Shown: positions 33,700 through 48,225 of the stretch, in pieces
How positions within the stretch are numbered: position 1 is the first letter of the stretch
Layout: each line of letters starts with the position of its first letter
Source: the human T2T-CHM13v2.0 reference genome, Homo sapiens
Direction: 5' to 3' (one strand)
Assembly (NCBI RefSeq): GCF_009914755.1
Contig: NC_060925.1
DNA length: 64,000 nucleotides
Made by a program: the position numbers and the translations under genes
The notes under the pieces: generated by a model
The model's database searches: none
What the model was told of the DNA's origin: nothing
The model's input: only the letters and a program-made list of their open reading frames with translations

Positions 33700-34385
33700 C
33701 GGCCCCTTCACTGGTCTCCCCATTTCCACTGTTGCTCCCCACAGCCTATTCTCAAAACAGCAATCATTCTCTTAAAATCTGAGTTGGATCATGTCTATCT
33801 TCTGCTTGAAATCCTCTAATGGCTTCCATCTCACGCAAAGCAAAATCAAATCGCCTTACCGCAGCCTAGGAGGGCCTGAAGGATTCGACCCCCATTATGC
33901 TTCTGTCTTCAATGTCTGCCACCATGCTCCCCATCACTCACTTGGCTCCACGCTCCAAACAGAGCTACTATTGCTATTCTCTCAATACAGCACACACTCT
34001 GGCGCATTTGTACTTGCTGTTTCTTGCTCTTCCCCCAGAAATCTCCATGGCTCCTGCCTTCATCTCCTTTACCTGGAGGTTACCTTTTCAATGACATCTT
34101 CTGTAACCACCTTTCCAAGAATTGCACCCCCAGCACTCCCTATTCTCTTCCCTGTTTTATTTCTCTATTTTAAAATGATAGTTCTTTTAATCATCTAAAT
34201 GTGTCATGATTTTCCTGATTTAGCGTCTTTACCATCCCTTCCCCACTACCACTAACAGAATGTTAGCTTCATTTTTTTTCCACTTTCTATATTTAGGCAG
34301 AAAATCTTATCTATTTTGTTCATAGCTGTAGCCCCAATGTCTGCATATAGTAGGTGCTCAATAAATCTTTATTCAATGAATAATT
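33700..34385 (+). mobile_element. L2 3' region
   Basis: gatcatgtc...aaatcctctaatggcttccatctca...tagtaggtgctcaataaat. Confidence 0.8.
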
Positions 34386-35124
34386 GACTCTTTCCTCAAT
34401 TCACGTGTGAGCTCTTTGAGGGCAGGAAACTCTTATTTATTGCTAAAATAAGTTATTAAATAAAGGTTTAAAATAGTACCTGGTAATCCGTAGGAGTAAG
34501 TTAGGAAGAGGAGGTAAGTTAAATCAGTAGGAGGCTGGCGCACCAGCATCCCCCACCCCAAAGTTAGTAGTTGCTATTATCATCATCATGGTCATCATCA
34601 ATGTCATTTCCTCTGTGTCCTGGGTACTAGGCAGACACAAAATGGTGCTTATTGAACAGCTGAATGAATGAGAACCTCGAGCCTGCATCTGCCTTCCTGG
34701 CAGGCCTCAGGGGACGTCCATCCTTTTAGCTATACGTAGGGCTGGGCCCAGCAGGCAGAGCTGGGGGGCAGGGAGCTGGAAGAGCATTGCACAAGGTGGT
34801 ACTTTATTGAGCACTTACTTTGTGCCAGGCCCTGGGAGCATAAAGATGATTTTGACCTGGCCTCAGTCCTTGAAGAACTCAGAATCCTAGGGAGAGAGAC
34901 ATGTGTGTGTTAAACATTTCATGCCTGAGTGTGGAAGGATGAGAACAAGTGGGCCAGGCAAAGGAAGGGAAGAGCGCCTGCACCTCTTCCTTTTCAGGCC
35001 TCAGTCTCCCACTCTGCTCCTTGAAAGTGCTGGATCAGGTGACTTTCAAGGTCCCTCTGGCCTCTGATAGTCTGCAACTCCATGGTCTTTGGCCGCCGGC
35101 CCTTGAGCTGTCCTATGGTTTCTG

Positions 35125-35138
35125 CTGCCCTCTGCTGG
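35125..35138 (-). promoter_or_regulatory. CTCF motif, reverse orientation
   Basis: Reverse complement CCAGCAGAGGGCAG matches the CTCF core. Confidence 0.6.
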
Positions 35139-35359
35139 AGCCTCTTGGTGACACTGAAGTCCTAAAAAGCCTCCTTGAACCTTTCATTCTTCCTTTTCTT
35201 CCCCAAAGCCAACAGCACCATCCAGTCGCCCACCCACACACACCTCTCATCCCTTAAAACACCAATTAAACATCTCTTGCTTGTCTCTGACATCAAAGTT
35301 TCCCAGACAAAAGTATTCTCAGTTATACATTTTAGACAATCTGAAACTGAATACGTACA

Positions 35360-36612
<1,253 letters not shown>

Positions 36613-36746
36613 AAAAGTCTCCCAGGAGGGATGATCCTGCTTTGCTCTCCTCACCTAAGCTTACTCTGTGGCTCTCTGTGTGAGGAGGTGGAGTGTGAGC
36701 CCTGGAATTGGACGCACCACAGACCTCGGTTCAAATCTTGCTTGTA

Positions 36747-37025
<279 letters not shown>

Positions 37026-37161
37026 ATAGTGCTTCTGCCACTAATTAGTGTCCTAAGCCGCTCAGGACGTCGGTTTCGCCATATGTAAAAGGACATAATG
37101 ATGAAACCAATCTCGAGTGAAGGATTCAATGAGGCAATACGCCTGAAGGGCTGACCACGGC

Positions 37162-37224
37162 GAAAGCTAACGTTCATTGCTATCAGGCGGGGAAAGCTAA
37201 TGTTCATTGCTATCAGGCGGGGAA
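37162..37224. repeat. 30-bp tandem duplication
   Basis: gaaagctaa(c/t)gttcattgctatcaggcggg x2. Confidence 0.95.
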
Positions 37225-37276
37225 GGGCTCCCAGGTCCGGTCCCCCGGCTGTGGGGCTCTGGGAAGCGGATGCTAG

Positions 37277-37290
37277 CCGCGAGGTGGCGC
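37277..37290 (+). promoter_or_regulatory. CTCF motif, forward orientation, CpG-containing
   Basis: CCGCGAGGTGGCGC. Confidence 0.6.
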
Positions 37291-37404
37291 TCGCACCGGA
37301 CTCGGTGGGCTCAGGAGTTGCTTACGCGCTGCTGGGTGTGGGCCGGAGGCGGGGCGGGCAGAGGCGGAGAATGCTTCCCAGGGTCACACCCTCCCGCGGT
37401 GTGA

Positions 37405-38023
37405 CTTTTTTCTTTTCTTTTTTTTTCTTTCTTTTTTTTAAGATAGGGTCTCGCTCTGTCGCCCAGGCTGGAGTGGAGTGGCAGGATCTTGGCTCACTGC
37501 AGTCTCGACCTTCTAGGCTCAAGCGATCCTTCCTCTTCAGCCTCCCCAGTAAACCGAGACCACAGGTGCGCGCCACTATACCTGGCGCGTTTTTTTTTTT
37601 TTTTTGACGGAGCTGTGCTCTGTCGCCCAAGCTGGAGTGCAGTGGCACGATCTCGGCTCACTGCCACCTTCGTCTCCTGGGTTCAAGCGATTCTCCTGCC
37701 TCAGCCTCCCCCAGTAGCTGGGATTACAGGCGCCCACCACCGCGCCCGGCAATTTTTTTTGTACTCTTCGTAGAGACGGGGTTTCACCGTGTTGGCCAGG
37801 CTGGTCTCTAACTCCTGACCTCAAATGATCCGCCCTCCTTGGCCTCCCAAAGTGCTGGGATTACAGGCCTGAGCCACGGCGCCCGGCCCTAATTTTTGTA
37901 TTTTTAGTAGAGACAGGATTTCGCCATGTTGGCCAGGCTGGTCTCCAAGCTCTGGGCTCCACGATCGGCCGGCCTCGGCCTTCCAAAGTGCTGGGATTAT
38001 AGGCATGAGCCACCGCGCCCGGC
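37405..38023 (-). mobile_element. AluJ split at its linker by an AluS (about 37590-37888)
   Basis: Right arm, full Alu, left arm in succession. Confidence 0.85.
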
Positions 38024-38549
38024 CTTCCGCAGTGCGATTAGGGGCGGCAGGAGGAGAGGGGGGCCTCGCCCTGTCAGCCTTTCCGAGACTAGTGGGATGC
38101 GGTGCCCGGGAGGGGTCTTAATAAGATCACGGTTGCTGGGCAGCACTGGACAGTGCCCGACGTAGGCGATCTCATTGATTCCTTCCCACAACCCCACTTT
38201 GCAGATAGGAAAGCTGAGGCACGAGAGTGTAAGTAACCCAGTCCGCACAACGAGGGGAAGCTAGGGAGGGACTGGGGCCCTGGGCCCCTGCGCTGACCTC
38301 CCCTCCTCATCCCCTTCTTATCCCCCTCTGCTCCTGGCCCAGGCCGCGCAGAGTCGGCCTCTGTGATCCCACCCAGAATACAGTTTTCCCTCCCGGGCGC
38401 CTGGATCTCCCCTCCCCCGGCTCCTGTTTCCTTGTCAAAACTTCCTGCCTTGGCGAGGGCCCGAGTTCCCACCCCCTTCCTGCCCCCCGCCCCTCGGCGC
38501 CCCTCCCGGCCCTGCGATCAGCAGCGTCCCGCCTCCCCGCCGCTCCCGC

Positions 38550-38667
38550 AGTCAGGCTGGGGCTCGAAGCGGGGACCCTCGCCCCGTCCTCGGCTGTCCA
38601 GTCCTCCTCCTCGCAGACCCCGGCGGTTCCTACCCCAGGCCGCAGGGGAGACGGTGCCCCAAGGCAG
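38550..38667 (+). other. PEAR1: PEAR1 non-coding exon 1 (start approximate)
   Basis: In CpG island downstream of GC boxes; consensus donor CAG|GTGAGT at 38667. Confidence 0.8.
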
Positions 38668-40609
38668 GTGAGTGACTGCGCGCCCCCTGGCAGGGGAGGC
38701 CCGGTGGTGCGGCCCCGGAGACCACCCTGCCCCGGGGAAAGGGCTTGCGGTCCCTGAGGTCCCCCTCCTCGACTGGAGTCTGAGGCCCCAGACCCAGGAG
38801 TGTAGAAAAGAGGGACTGATGGAGAGAGACGTGAAGGAGGGGAAGGGGACAGTGGAGGGGGCCAGAGAGGATGGGTTGGGGGTTCCCTTCCGTAATGAAC
38901 ATGTAAATGAGATGAAATGCTAGCGAGGTTGTTCCCTAAGCCCCTGGTCCCCGGACTTTGTGAGTCAGGGGCAGCCTGGCTCACTGCCCCCTCCCAGGGC
39001 TGGGAAGAGAAGACTGGGTGCTGTCCTTGGCTTGCAAGGGAAGTGTAGCCACAAGAGCATCGACACTGGAGCCAAGACTGCCTAAGTGCCACCCTCCACT
39101 CTGCAGCTTACTGTCTGTGGGGTCTTGGTCAAGAGGCCTGACCTCTGTGCCTCAGTTTCTCATTTCTAAAGGAGAATAATATAGGGCCTACCTCATGGGT
39201 TGTGAGGCTTAAGTGAGCAAAAACGTGTCTCCTGCTTTGAATGACGCTAGATAAACAGATTATCAGTGTCATCTCTCTGTCCAGCGGCAGGAATGTTTGA
39301 GGGAGGATGTAGGGGAAGGACCCAGGTTTGCAGGTCCCTGGCTCTCACATCTTTGCCAGTTATGAGGACTGGGGGTTCAGCTTGAGGTCCCGGGCAACTG
39401 GATCCTCAGAAAACTTGGCAGGCTGATGATCTGAAGTTGTGCTAAGGGCCAGGTGGGTGTGTGGGGGGTCCAGGAGCCCAGGCCCCAGCAAGGCAACCCT
39501 TCACCCCCACCCCCGTCTCCAGCCTCCAGTAGCTGCTCTCCACTCCCCTGTTCTGGCCTGTTATGAGTGGCCTCTCCTGGGGCTGGGCTGTGACCCTAGT
39601 CCCCGGGGACAGGAACAGCTTGTGCTGGCCTGAGGTTCCCAGGCTCAGCCAGGGCTCAGCTCGGGCAGGATTGGGCCGGGTGTCAGCTCTCAACCCTGGC
39701 CTAAGCTGGCCTTGTGCTAGGGGGACGGTTGGAGACGGGGGAGCTCATCTCTGAACCCCACTCAAAACCAGCTCATGGTATAGGGCCTGTTGTGTGTGCT
39801 TGTGAGCCAGTCATAAGCCAGGGTGTGGGCGCAGCCCTCCTATCTCCTGTGTCTCCTCCCTGCTGTGTGGCCTCTCCCACTCTTGAGGCCTCCGAAGGCC
39901 CACCCACCATGTTCCCCACTGCAGGTGGGGCTGCCATCTCTAGGAGCTGGGTTGGCCAGACTCACTTCTCTGCCTTCCTCTCTCTCCACTGGAGGATGAA
40001 GCTGAGAGTTGGCATCTGTTCCTCCACCCTCTGTCCCCCCTCAACATCTCCTATCAGACTCTCCCAGAAGAGGAAACTCACGCTCCAGGCAGCCTCATCC
40101 ACCAGTCGGAAACCTGGAGAGAGATAGAAGGTCATGGGGCTGCTGTGTGCCTCCCCGCACCCGACACACACTGCTGGGGAGGAGGCTGAGGCCAGGTGGA
40201 GCCTCCACCACGGCATTCCCCAAGCCTCTCCTCTGAGGAGCCTTGGGAGCCTTGAGAAAGAGGCCTCCCAGGACTCATGGGGGACCCTGGGGTGCCATCC
40301 TAGCTTTGGGGAGGATCTTGGCTTCTGTCATCTAACCTACAGGGGAGAAGCCAGAAGGAAGAGGCAGAGAAGACAGGGAAGGAGAGAGAGAAACACAAAG
40401 ACAGAGATAGAGACAGATATAAATACGGAAACAGAGGCTGACAGATGCAGAGACACAGCAGAGGCACAGACTCATTACAACAAAATGCCCGGAGGGAGAA
40501 AAGCAGGCCTAGAAAAATAGAGCAGAGACCTAGGGATAGAACAAAAAGGAGGCGGAGACAGAGGGAGAGGAGGAGAAAGTCAGAAGACCAAAGAGAAACT
40601 GTGAGGTTA

Positions 40610-40928
<319 letters not shown>

Positions 40929-41155
40929 AGCAGCACAGGCTTTGGAATGACATAGACCTGGCCCAAATCCCTGCTCCGGCTTCAGTTGCCTGTGTGGCCT
41001 AGGACAAATCACTGAACTTTTCTGGGATATTTCTTCATAAAATGGGAGGCATAATAGCACTTACTTTATAGGCTTGCTGGGAGAACTAAAAGACAGGATC
41101 TAGCCACAGCACACATTTAACGAGGCGCAGTAATTAGTATCCCAGTACCTGGGAG

Positions 41156-41398
41156 GTAACCCAGGGGTTACCTCCCCACACTGCTTTGTGCTTTGAAGCA
41201 GATTTGAATCCTGCTCTTGCCCCTGGCAGCCAGACAGCCCTTGGCAAGGCATTTTACCTGAGACCCTCCACTGTGCTGCCTACCAAATGGGGATGACAAT
41301 CACCAGCACCTTCCAGGGTGGCGGCGAGGGTTGGGACTGGCACTGGCGACAGCCTGCGGGAGGGGTTGCGATTGATGTGTGAATCAGGATCCCTGCAG
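41156..41398 (+). repeat. Local direct repeat, copy 1 (partly MIR-like)
   Basis: Matches 42856-43097 with about 8 substitutions and 1 indel. Confidence 0.97.
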
Positions 41399-42855
41399 GT
41401 GAGTGGGCCCTGGGGCGTAGCCCGCTCACTGCTGGTGGGTGCTCATGCCCTCCCACTTTTGCCCTCCGTCCTACCCCCATGAATTGGCACCTGGGGCCCA
41501 GTCCCTCTGTGTAGCGGGAGATGTGTGCAGTGGACAGTGAGGGGGTGTTGGCCCTGGATGGGGAGGCACAGGATGAGGGCTCAGGCGGTGTGGGCATGCC
41601 CCTCCACCTCCAGGTGACTCAGGGCCTGGAGCTGTTGTGCACTCATCCCATAGGAACTTGGAGGCCGGCCCTGAGGAATTCCTGCTGGAGGTCAGGAGGG
41701 CAAGTCTGGAGCCGCCTTTTGCTTTGTAACGTTGAAAAGTTCTTTCTGCATTCCACTTTCCATCATCTCATCAAACACGCACCTCATTGTGTCTTGAGGG
41801 CCCCGAGACAAGGGCCCAGCTCTACTGTCTGGAGTACGGGGAGAAGCCACAGCTTCTGAGCATCTCTCCCTCTCTCCCATTCCTGGGAAAGTCAAGGAGC
41901 ACTGGAGTCAGAAAGATTTCAGGGTGTATCAGTCCATCCACTCCACACAAATGTTTAGTTATTGCCTGTTGGGTGCCGGGCATCCTGGGTGTAAGTGCTG
42001 GCCAGTCCTGGGGTTAAAGTGGTGAGGAAGGCAGAGAAGTGCCCTGTCCCTGGGGAGCTCCAGTCCAGTGAGGCAGACTGACTTTAATAAAAGCATAATG
42101 ACTCATAGGATGGGAGCCGCGAGGAAACACCCAGGGGGCACCCAGACCCGCTCACAGAGCCTTGGAGAGGAATAAGATTTGAGGGAGTCCAACCTGGTGG
42201 GGAAACCAGACTCACAAACCAGCAATCACAGATAGGGTATCCATCAGCCTAATCAGCCCAGCAGACTTGGAGTACGTCGGGGGCTGTGAACCCCTGGGTT
42301 GGCCTGGGTGAGTTCCGCTTGCTTCCAGAGGAGGTACACTGGTGCCAGGACTTTGGCTGGGGTTTGGGGAGGTGTGGAGCCTCCAGGGACAGGTGCATGT
42401 CCAGCTGGGAGCCAGCCTCAGGGCATTCAGGGGGAAGAGCAACCCCCGGCCTCCTTGAGGCCACGCGGGTCTGTGGTGACTGTGTGTTCCTGAGAGCCTG
42501 CAGGAAGGCCTGGAGAGCAGGGAGGAGGGCGTGAGCCTGGAGCCACTGAGGGGCTTCTTGGAAGCGGCTGGCCTTGAGGCTGTGTAGAACCTGGGCATTT
42601 CAGGGGTGGCCTGAGCCATGGTGGCGGTGTGGTGAGAGGCATGTGGGGTCAGCGGCTGTCCAGTGTGATGGGAGCGCAGGGGTAGAGGTAATGAAGCTGG
42701 ACCCCCTTGTAGGGGCTGGCCCCCTGGGGGTTCTTTCTTGGGGTGTAGGCAGCCACAGAGTGGGAGAGGGGGCAGTGGCCAGAGCACTTTCTGAAGGTAA
42801 TCTCGGGGTGGCGATGAGCAGGGTGGGCCTGAGGGGGCACTGCTCCCTAGTCTAT

Positions 42856-43097
42856 GTCACCCAGGGTTTACCTCCCCACACTGCTTTGTCCTTTGAAGCA
42901 GATTTGAATCCTGCTCTTGCCCCTGGCAGCCAGACAGCCCTTGGCAAGGCATTTTACCTGAGACCCTCCACTGTGCTGCCTACCAAATGGGGATGACAAT
43001 CACCAGCACCTTCCAGGGTGGCGGCGAGGGTTGGGACTGGCACTGGCAACACCCTCTGGGAGGGGTGCGATAGATGTGTGAATCAGGATCCCTGCAG
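42856..43097 (+). repeat. Local direct repeat, copy 2
   Basis: Matches 41156-41398. Confidence 0.97.
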
Positions 43098-46000
43098 CTG
43101 CCCCATTTCCTGATGAGTAAACAGGTCGGACCTAGGACCCTCTAGCTTCTGTTTCCTGAGCCACAGAGAACACAAGTCCAGCCCCTCACCCCTGCCCCTT
43201 TCCCGCCCAGCCTCTGGCGCACTCTGGCCGCATACGCAGGCTTCCTGTTTCTCCATCCGGCAGACATGCCTGGCGTGCCGAGGGCCTGGCCCCGCTGGAT
43301 ATAGGCAGTGCTCTGTGCTTCAGTGTGCAAGCGTGTACATGGGTGTACTGGGTAGCCTGTGGAGTGCAGCAGGCTGCTGGGGGAGCTCCCTGTGTAGGGA
43401 GGGAGGGGAGAAGTCTTTGGACTGCGATCTCACTGCTGGGTGGGAAGGACTAAGTGATCCTGTCTCCATGGCAAAGATAGGTTAGAAAAGGCCACAGAGA
43501 AACAGACACAGAGACAGGGAGACAGACAGAAAGACAAGAGAGATACAGGGCAAGACAACCTTAGCACCAAGCTAAGACGCATGGCTTTAGTGAGTGGATT
43601 GTAGCTGGAGTTCAGCTTCCACTCTGTCCTTGAAAGTGGATGCTGTTATGCAGTAAATACACCGTGCAACTGTACATGGCAGCCTTAGTATAGGAACGGA
43701 AAAAGAGAGGCAGGAAGACAGAGACCAAGAAGCTGATGAAGGAAGGGGATGGGGAAAGGCAGATAGCAGAGTTTCTGATGAAGAACAAGACAAAAGTCCA
43801 AAAGGAAGAGGCAGAAACCCTGGAGCTTGGAGGATTCTGTTTTTGCATCAACACACATCCACGGAGCAGGCTCTAGTCTGAGGTCTGAGGTCTGAGGTTC
43901 TGTTCCAGAATGGTCACTGGAACCAGCAGTTCCAACCTTTGCAGGGCCCTGAGAGATGGCGGGGAGTGCTAGTCTCCCATTTTACAGATGAGGAGATGGA
44001 GGATCAGAGGACTCAAGTTATGTATTATAACTCAGGTTACACAGCTTGTAAGACAGAGATAGGACTAGAAGCTTTGTACTCCAGGATAGGAAGTGATGAG
44101 AGAGAGAGGGAGATGGAGAAGAGAGGAGGGGGCAGTCGGACCGAGCAAGGAACTAGGGTTGGTGCTTAGGCCCAGGGCTGGGGGAAGCAGAATTTAGGCA
44201 TTCTGCCTTGTCAACCGCATCTGGCTTGAAGATGCACCTGGCGGGCAGCCCATCGTTTTGGGGGATCAGGTTCTCGGGGGAGCCTGGCCCCCTCCTGCCC
44301 CCACTTCCTTTCTCTCTGTCAGCATTTGCGGCCCCATTCCCATTCCCGGATCATCCTGGGGGTTCTTCAGAAAAAACAAGAAGGTTTTTCCTGGAATTAA
44401 TACCCAAAGGCGCCAAGGGGAGGGCGGATGGGGGCCACATTGGGTGCAAGAGGAGGAGTGGGACTGAGAATGCTATCATGGAGACAGCTAATGTTAACTG
44501 AGCATATTAGGTACTGGGTCTAACTGCTTTATCTAGATCAACTCATTTAGTCTGCACAGCGACCCTACAAAGGAAGCACTAATCTTATCCCCATTTTCTA
44601 GGTGAGGGAACTGCAGGCTGGGATTCACACCCAGGCTTGAACTTGGGCAGGGGTTGGGGGTGCAGAGGTGAGGGGTTATCCTATGCTACATGACTTCCCA
44701 GAGAAGCTGGAAGGGAGCCCGTGGGGAAGTCCCTTCTGCTGTCTCACTTCCGTCACCCTTACTCTCTGCTTTCTATAGAAATGGATCCTCTTGTCCACCA
44801 GGAACTCTAATCCCCCCCACCCCTGCTCCCCTAGAGCCCACACTCAATTCCTTCCTCCTAGGAGGGGTTGGGGCACAGTGAGGGTAGGGGGGCTCCCCAC
44901 CAGAGGGAACCAGCTGAGCTGGAGTTTAGGGAAGCCCAGGGAGGGTGATCTGGTCTTCTGTGTGGGCTCGGAGGCTGAGAGGGCAGGGATGCTGGGCTGC
45001 GCAGGCGGGACTGGGATCTCAGGGCCTGGCCAGGAGCCCAGCCGATTTGCATCTCGAGGTGGAGGAGAGAGAAGTGTCAGCTCATTCTTGACTGTAAACA
45101 CATCTCAGTTCCCACGCTTCTGATCATGTTCTTGTGGCAGCCCCCACCCCCATCCCCTTCTCCTGTCCAATCCCCTGGCAGCTCCCCCACCCCATAAGAG
45201 AGACTTTTAAAAAGAAGATACAGAGCCCCTGGGCTTCCCATCTGGACTTGGGAAAGAGTAGAATCATGGGGAGTCCTCTGCCAGCAGCCTGGATTTGGAT
45301 CCCAGCTCTGACACTCCTGGCTGTGCGGTCCTGGTCAGGTTTCTTACCCTCTCTGTGCCTGCTTCCTCATCTCTGAAGTGGGCCATAACACCTACTACAA
45401 GGGGTTAATGTAAACTTTAAATGTGATGATCCACGTAAATCTCTCAACACCCTGCCTGTCGCAGCTCAGTGAACGATACGTGGGGTCACCTTATGATTCT
45501 CGGGAGGGAAGGTGTTTGAGTCCCTCAAACCAGAGGCTTGGAGGGTGAAGGTTGAGTAGGGGAACAGGAGGGGGCCTCTGCATGAGAAGAAGCAAGCCTG
45601 CAGCAGGGGTGCTCCAGGGTCCCCCTCAGTGAGTGCACTGTGGGCCCCCAGGACAGAGCAGGGGTCCAGGAGTGGTCTCATTTCACCCCCTTGAGGGGTA
45701 TATGCAATCTCTTGGGTATATGCAATGGGCCCATTGCTGCTGTGGCTGGAAGGGGTTGGGGGAGCATGGGCCAGGCTCAGGTGCCCTGCCCCTCAGGGAC
45801 AAAGGCTTAGATGGGAACTAGCCTGGAGGCCAGGCTGGGGCTCTGGGCTCCTGGTCTGGCCTGTGTTCCCTTCTCAGAGGCAAAGGATGGTCAAGCCAAA
45901 ACCTTCCTCTTCCTGCCAGGACCCCCATCTCATCTGTCCCCTCCCGGGGCCACCCACTGATCTCCCCTGACCCCACCCTGGCTTCCAGCCCCTGGGCTGA

Positions 46001-47017
46001 CCAGCTGATGCCTCCTCCGCACTCTGGCCCTACCCTGAGGACCTTTGGGAAAACAGAACCTACCCACCCTTCCAGCCAGCTAACCTCCCAGCCAGCCAGA
46101 AGTGGGTGGGGATGAGAGTCAGCTCCTCCTCATGCTCCTCAGTCCTTCAGTCCATCTCAAAGTCCCCCAGGTGAACCGTGTCCTCTAGAAGTTGGCTGGG
46201 AGGAGGTGACAGGGACAGGACTTGGGTGGGTAGGGGCTGACAGGAATGGGAGGAAGGACCTTTTCTCGGCCCAACAACAGCTCAACCTATATGGCACTTC
46301 CTCCCTGGGCCTTAACTCGACTCCTTCCTGCAACAAGTTTTGTCCATGCCACCACGCCATAGGCTCTGTGAACAGATCCAGGGCAGAAGGATGGCTGGGG
46401 AGTCCTTGTGTGTCTCAGGAGATGAGGCTCACCCAGGGACAAGGGTGATGAGCCTGGCTTCAGACAGACTGAGCTGCAGTTGGAGCACAGGGGCCCCACG
46501 CCAGGGCCAGAGCTGAGGGTCAGGGAAGAGGGGAGTGTGGAGACCGAGAGATGAGGCAGAGGCATATGGAGGGCTCGGGGTCCTGACCAGGGCCCTGGCT
46601 GCCAACCACACTGAGGGAGAGGTGGAGAGAAGGTTAGCTGGGGCTAGGCAGAGCGATCCCTGGAGTGGGCATTGGGCCTGGGAAGATGGCTGGAGCAGGG
46701 CAGGGTGGGAGGGGATGGTTTGGGGACATTGGGAGAAGGGATGACTCTATTTGGGAGTGGGGATGTGTCTGGGTGATGTGGGGGTGGAGCTCTGGGACAG
46801 ACTCTGGGGAGTGTCTCTAGGGCACTCCTGACTGTGGCCTCTCCCCTTCAGAGGGGGCCACAGTGTCAGCTCTGGAGACAAGCTGCCAGAAAGAGGCTTC
46901 TGGTCATGGCCCTCCCGTATGCTACCCACTGCGTTCAGGATGGTGGGAGGATGGAGCCACCCCCGTCACGCTCCCTGCTGTCCCCCTTCCTAGCCAGGCT
47001 CTGTTTCCTGTTTTCAG

Positions 47018-47115
47018 GCTTCATATCCTGAACGCTGGGATCCCCCAGGACATTCCCTGGCCCCCAGGCCCCAGGTCCCAGGCCCCAGGGCTGAGCTGTG
47101 GGCAGGCCCCACCTG
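47018..47115 (+). other. PEAR1: Probable optional 98-nt 5' UTR exon of PEAR1
   Basis: Strong acceptor ctgtttcctgttttcag| and donor CTG|GTGAGT; no ATG inside. Confidence 0.6.
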
Positions 47116-48124
47116 GTGAGTTACTTGGGGACTGAGGATGGATAGGAGGAAGCACAGAGGAGGCTAGAGGCTGAGATTCGCCCTGCAGGAAGTGTGATGG
47201 GGCATGCGGCTGGGCTGCACTGGAGGGGTGGGTAGACGCTGGCACTGGGAGGATAGGTGGGCCAGCATCCTGGATGAAAGGCTGGAGATTTGGCTGCTGG
47301 AGGGTTAAAGGTGAAGGAGGAACATGGGCGGCTGAGATGGGGTTAATTTAGGAGCCTAGACCTGGAGGGAAGGAGGGGCTGCCCTTCTTGGGGCTGAGAG
47401 TGGCTTTGGGGACCCTGGGAGTGTGTGGGTGTGGGGTGTGGGGTAGGGCCAGGCAGCAACATTCCAGAGATACTCAGGGGGGTAAGGGGCCAGCAACCGC
47501 GACCTTTCTCTCGTCTCAGAAAAATTATAAGCAGATGTGGGCGCCTCGGGGAGGCGTAGAGCAGGGAGCCAGAGCAAGTTTTGGGAACACGGAATGCAGA
47601 CCCTGAAGCCGGCTGCGGGGATGGGCACTGCGGTAACTCATCCTCTCCTGAGCTCAGGAGCTGAGGCAGCAGAGCCGTCTGAAGTGCTGGGAGCCAGGGG
47701 TGGTGGGGATGGAGAGGACCCCATTTCCGAATGGCTGACAGGGCAGTCTGAGGGAGGCGGGAGCTTTTCCTTAAATGCAAGGCCAGGTTGGTGACCTCTT
47801 CAGGCGATGGCACCTAGAGTTGGGTGTTGTGGTGTGCTGGCTAAGGTGTCACAACTGACTCTGGGAGGGAGACTGGCCTTGGGTTTTAGTGTTTGCTAGT
47901 TTCTCTGGTGTCAATAACCCCCCATGCCTGATTTCAAGCTACTCACGTGACATCACTGAACATGTTGCTAGGAAGAGATGCATACAATTGGCTCTCTGGG
48001 CCCGTATGAGGTGGTTCCAGCACACCACTGGTTGGGAGGTCACCTGGACCCAGCCCCACTCCCACCATATAGAGCAGGAAACCCCTGACAGCGTTTCATC
48101 AGGCTGGTTTTGGCTTCTGCCTGC

Positions 48125-48225
48125 ATATGTCCAGTGACAGGGAACTCACCACCTGAGGTAGCCGATTCTATTCCTGAGCCGCTCTGACTGTTGGAAAGTT
48201 CTTCCTCTGACTGAGCCCAAGGCTG
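48125..48225 (-). mobile_element. CR1/L3-like fragment
   Basis: gggaactcaccacc...gctctgactgttggaaagttcttcct. Confidence 0.55.

Noticed and set aside
41156-43097. Direct repeats as LTRs of a retroelement or a composite transposon
   Set aside because: No TG..CA termini, PBS, PPT or TSD; the interior is ordinary intron with L2-like sequence
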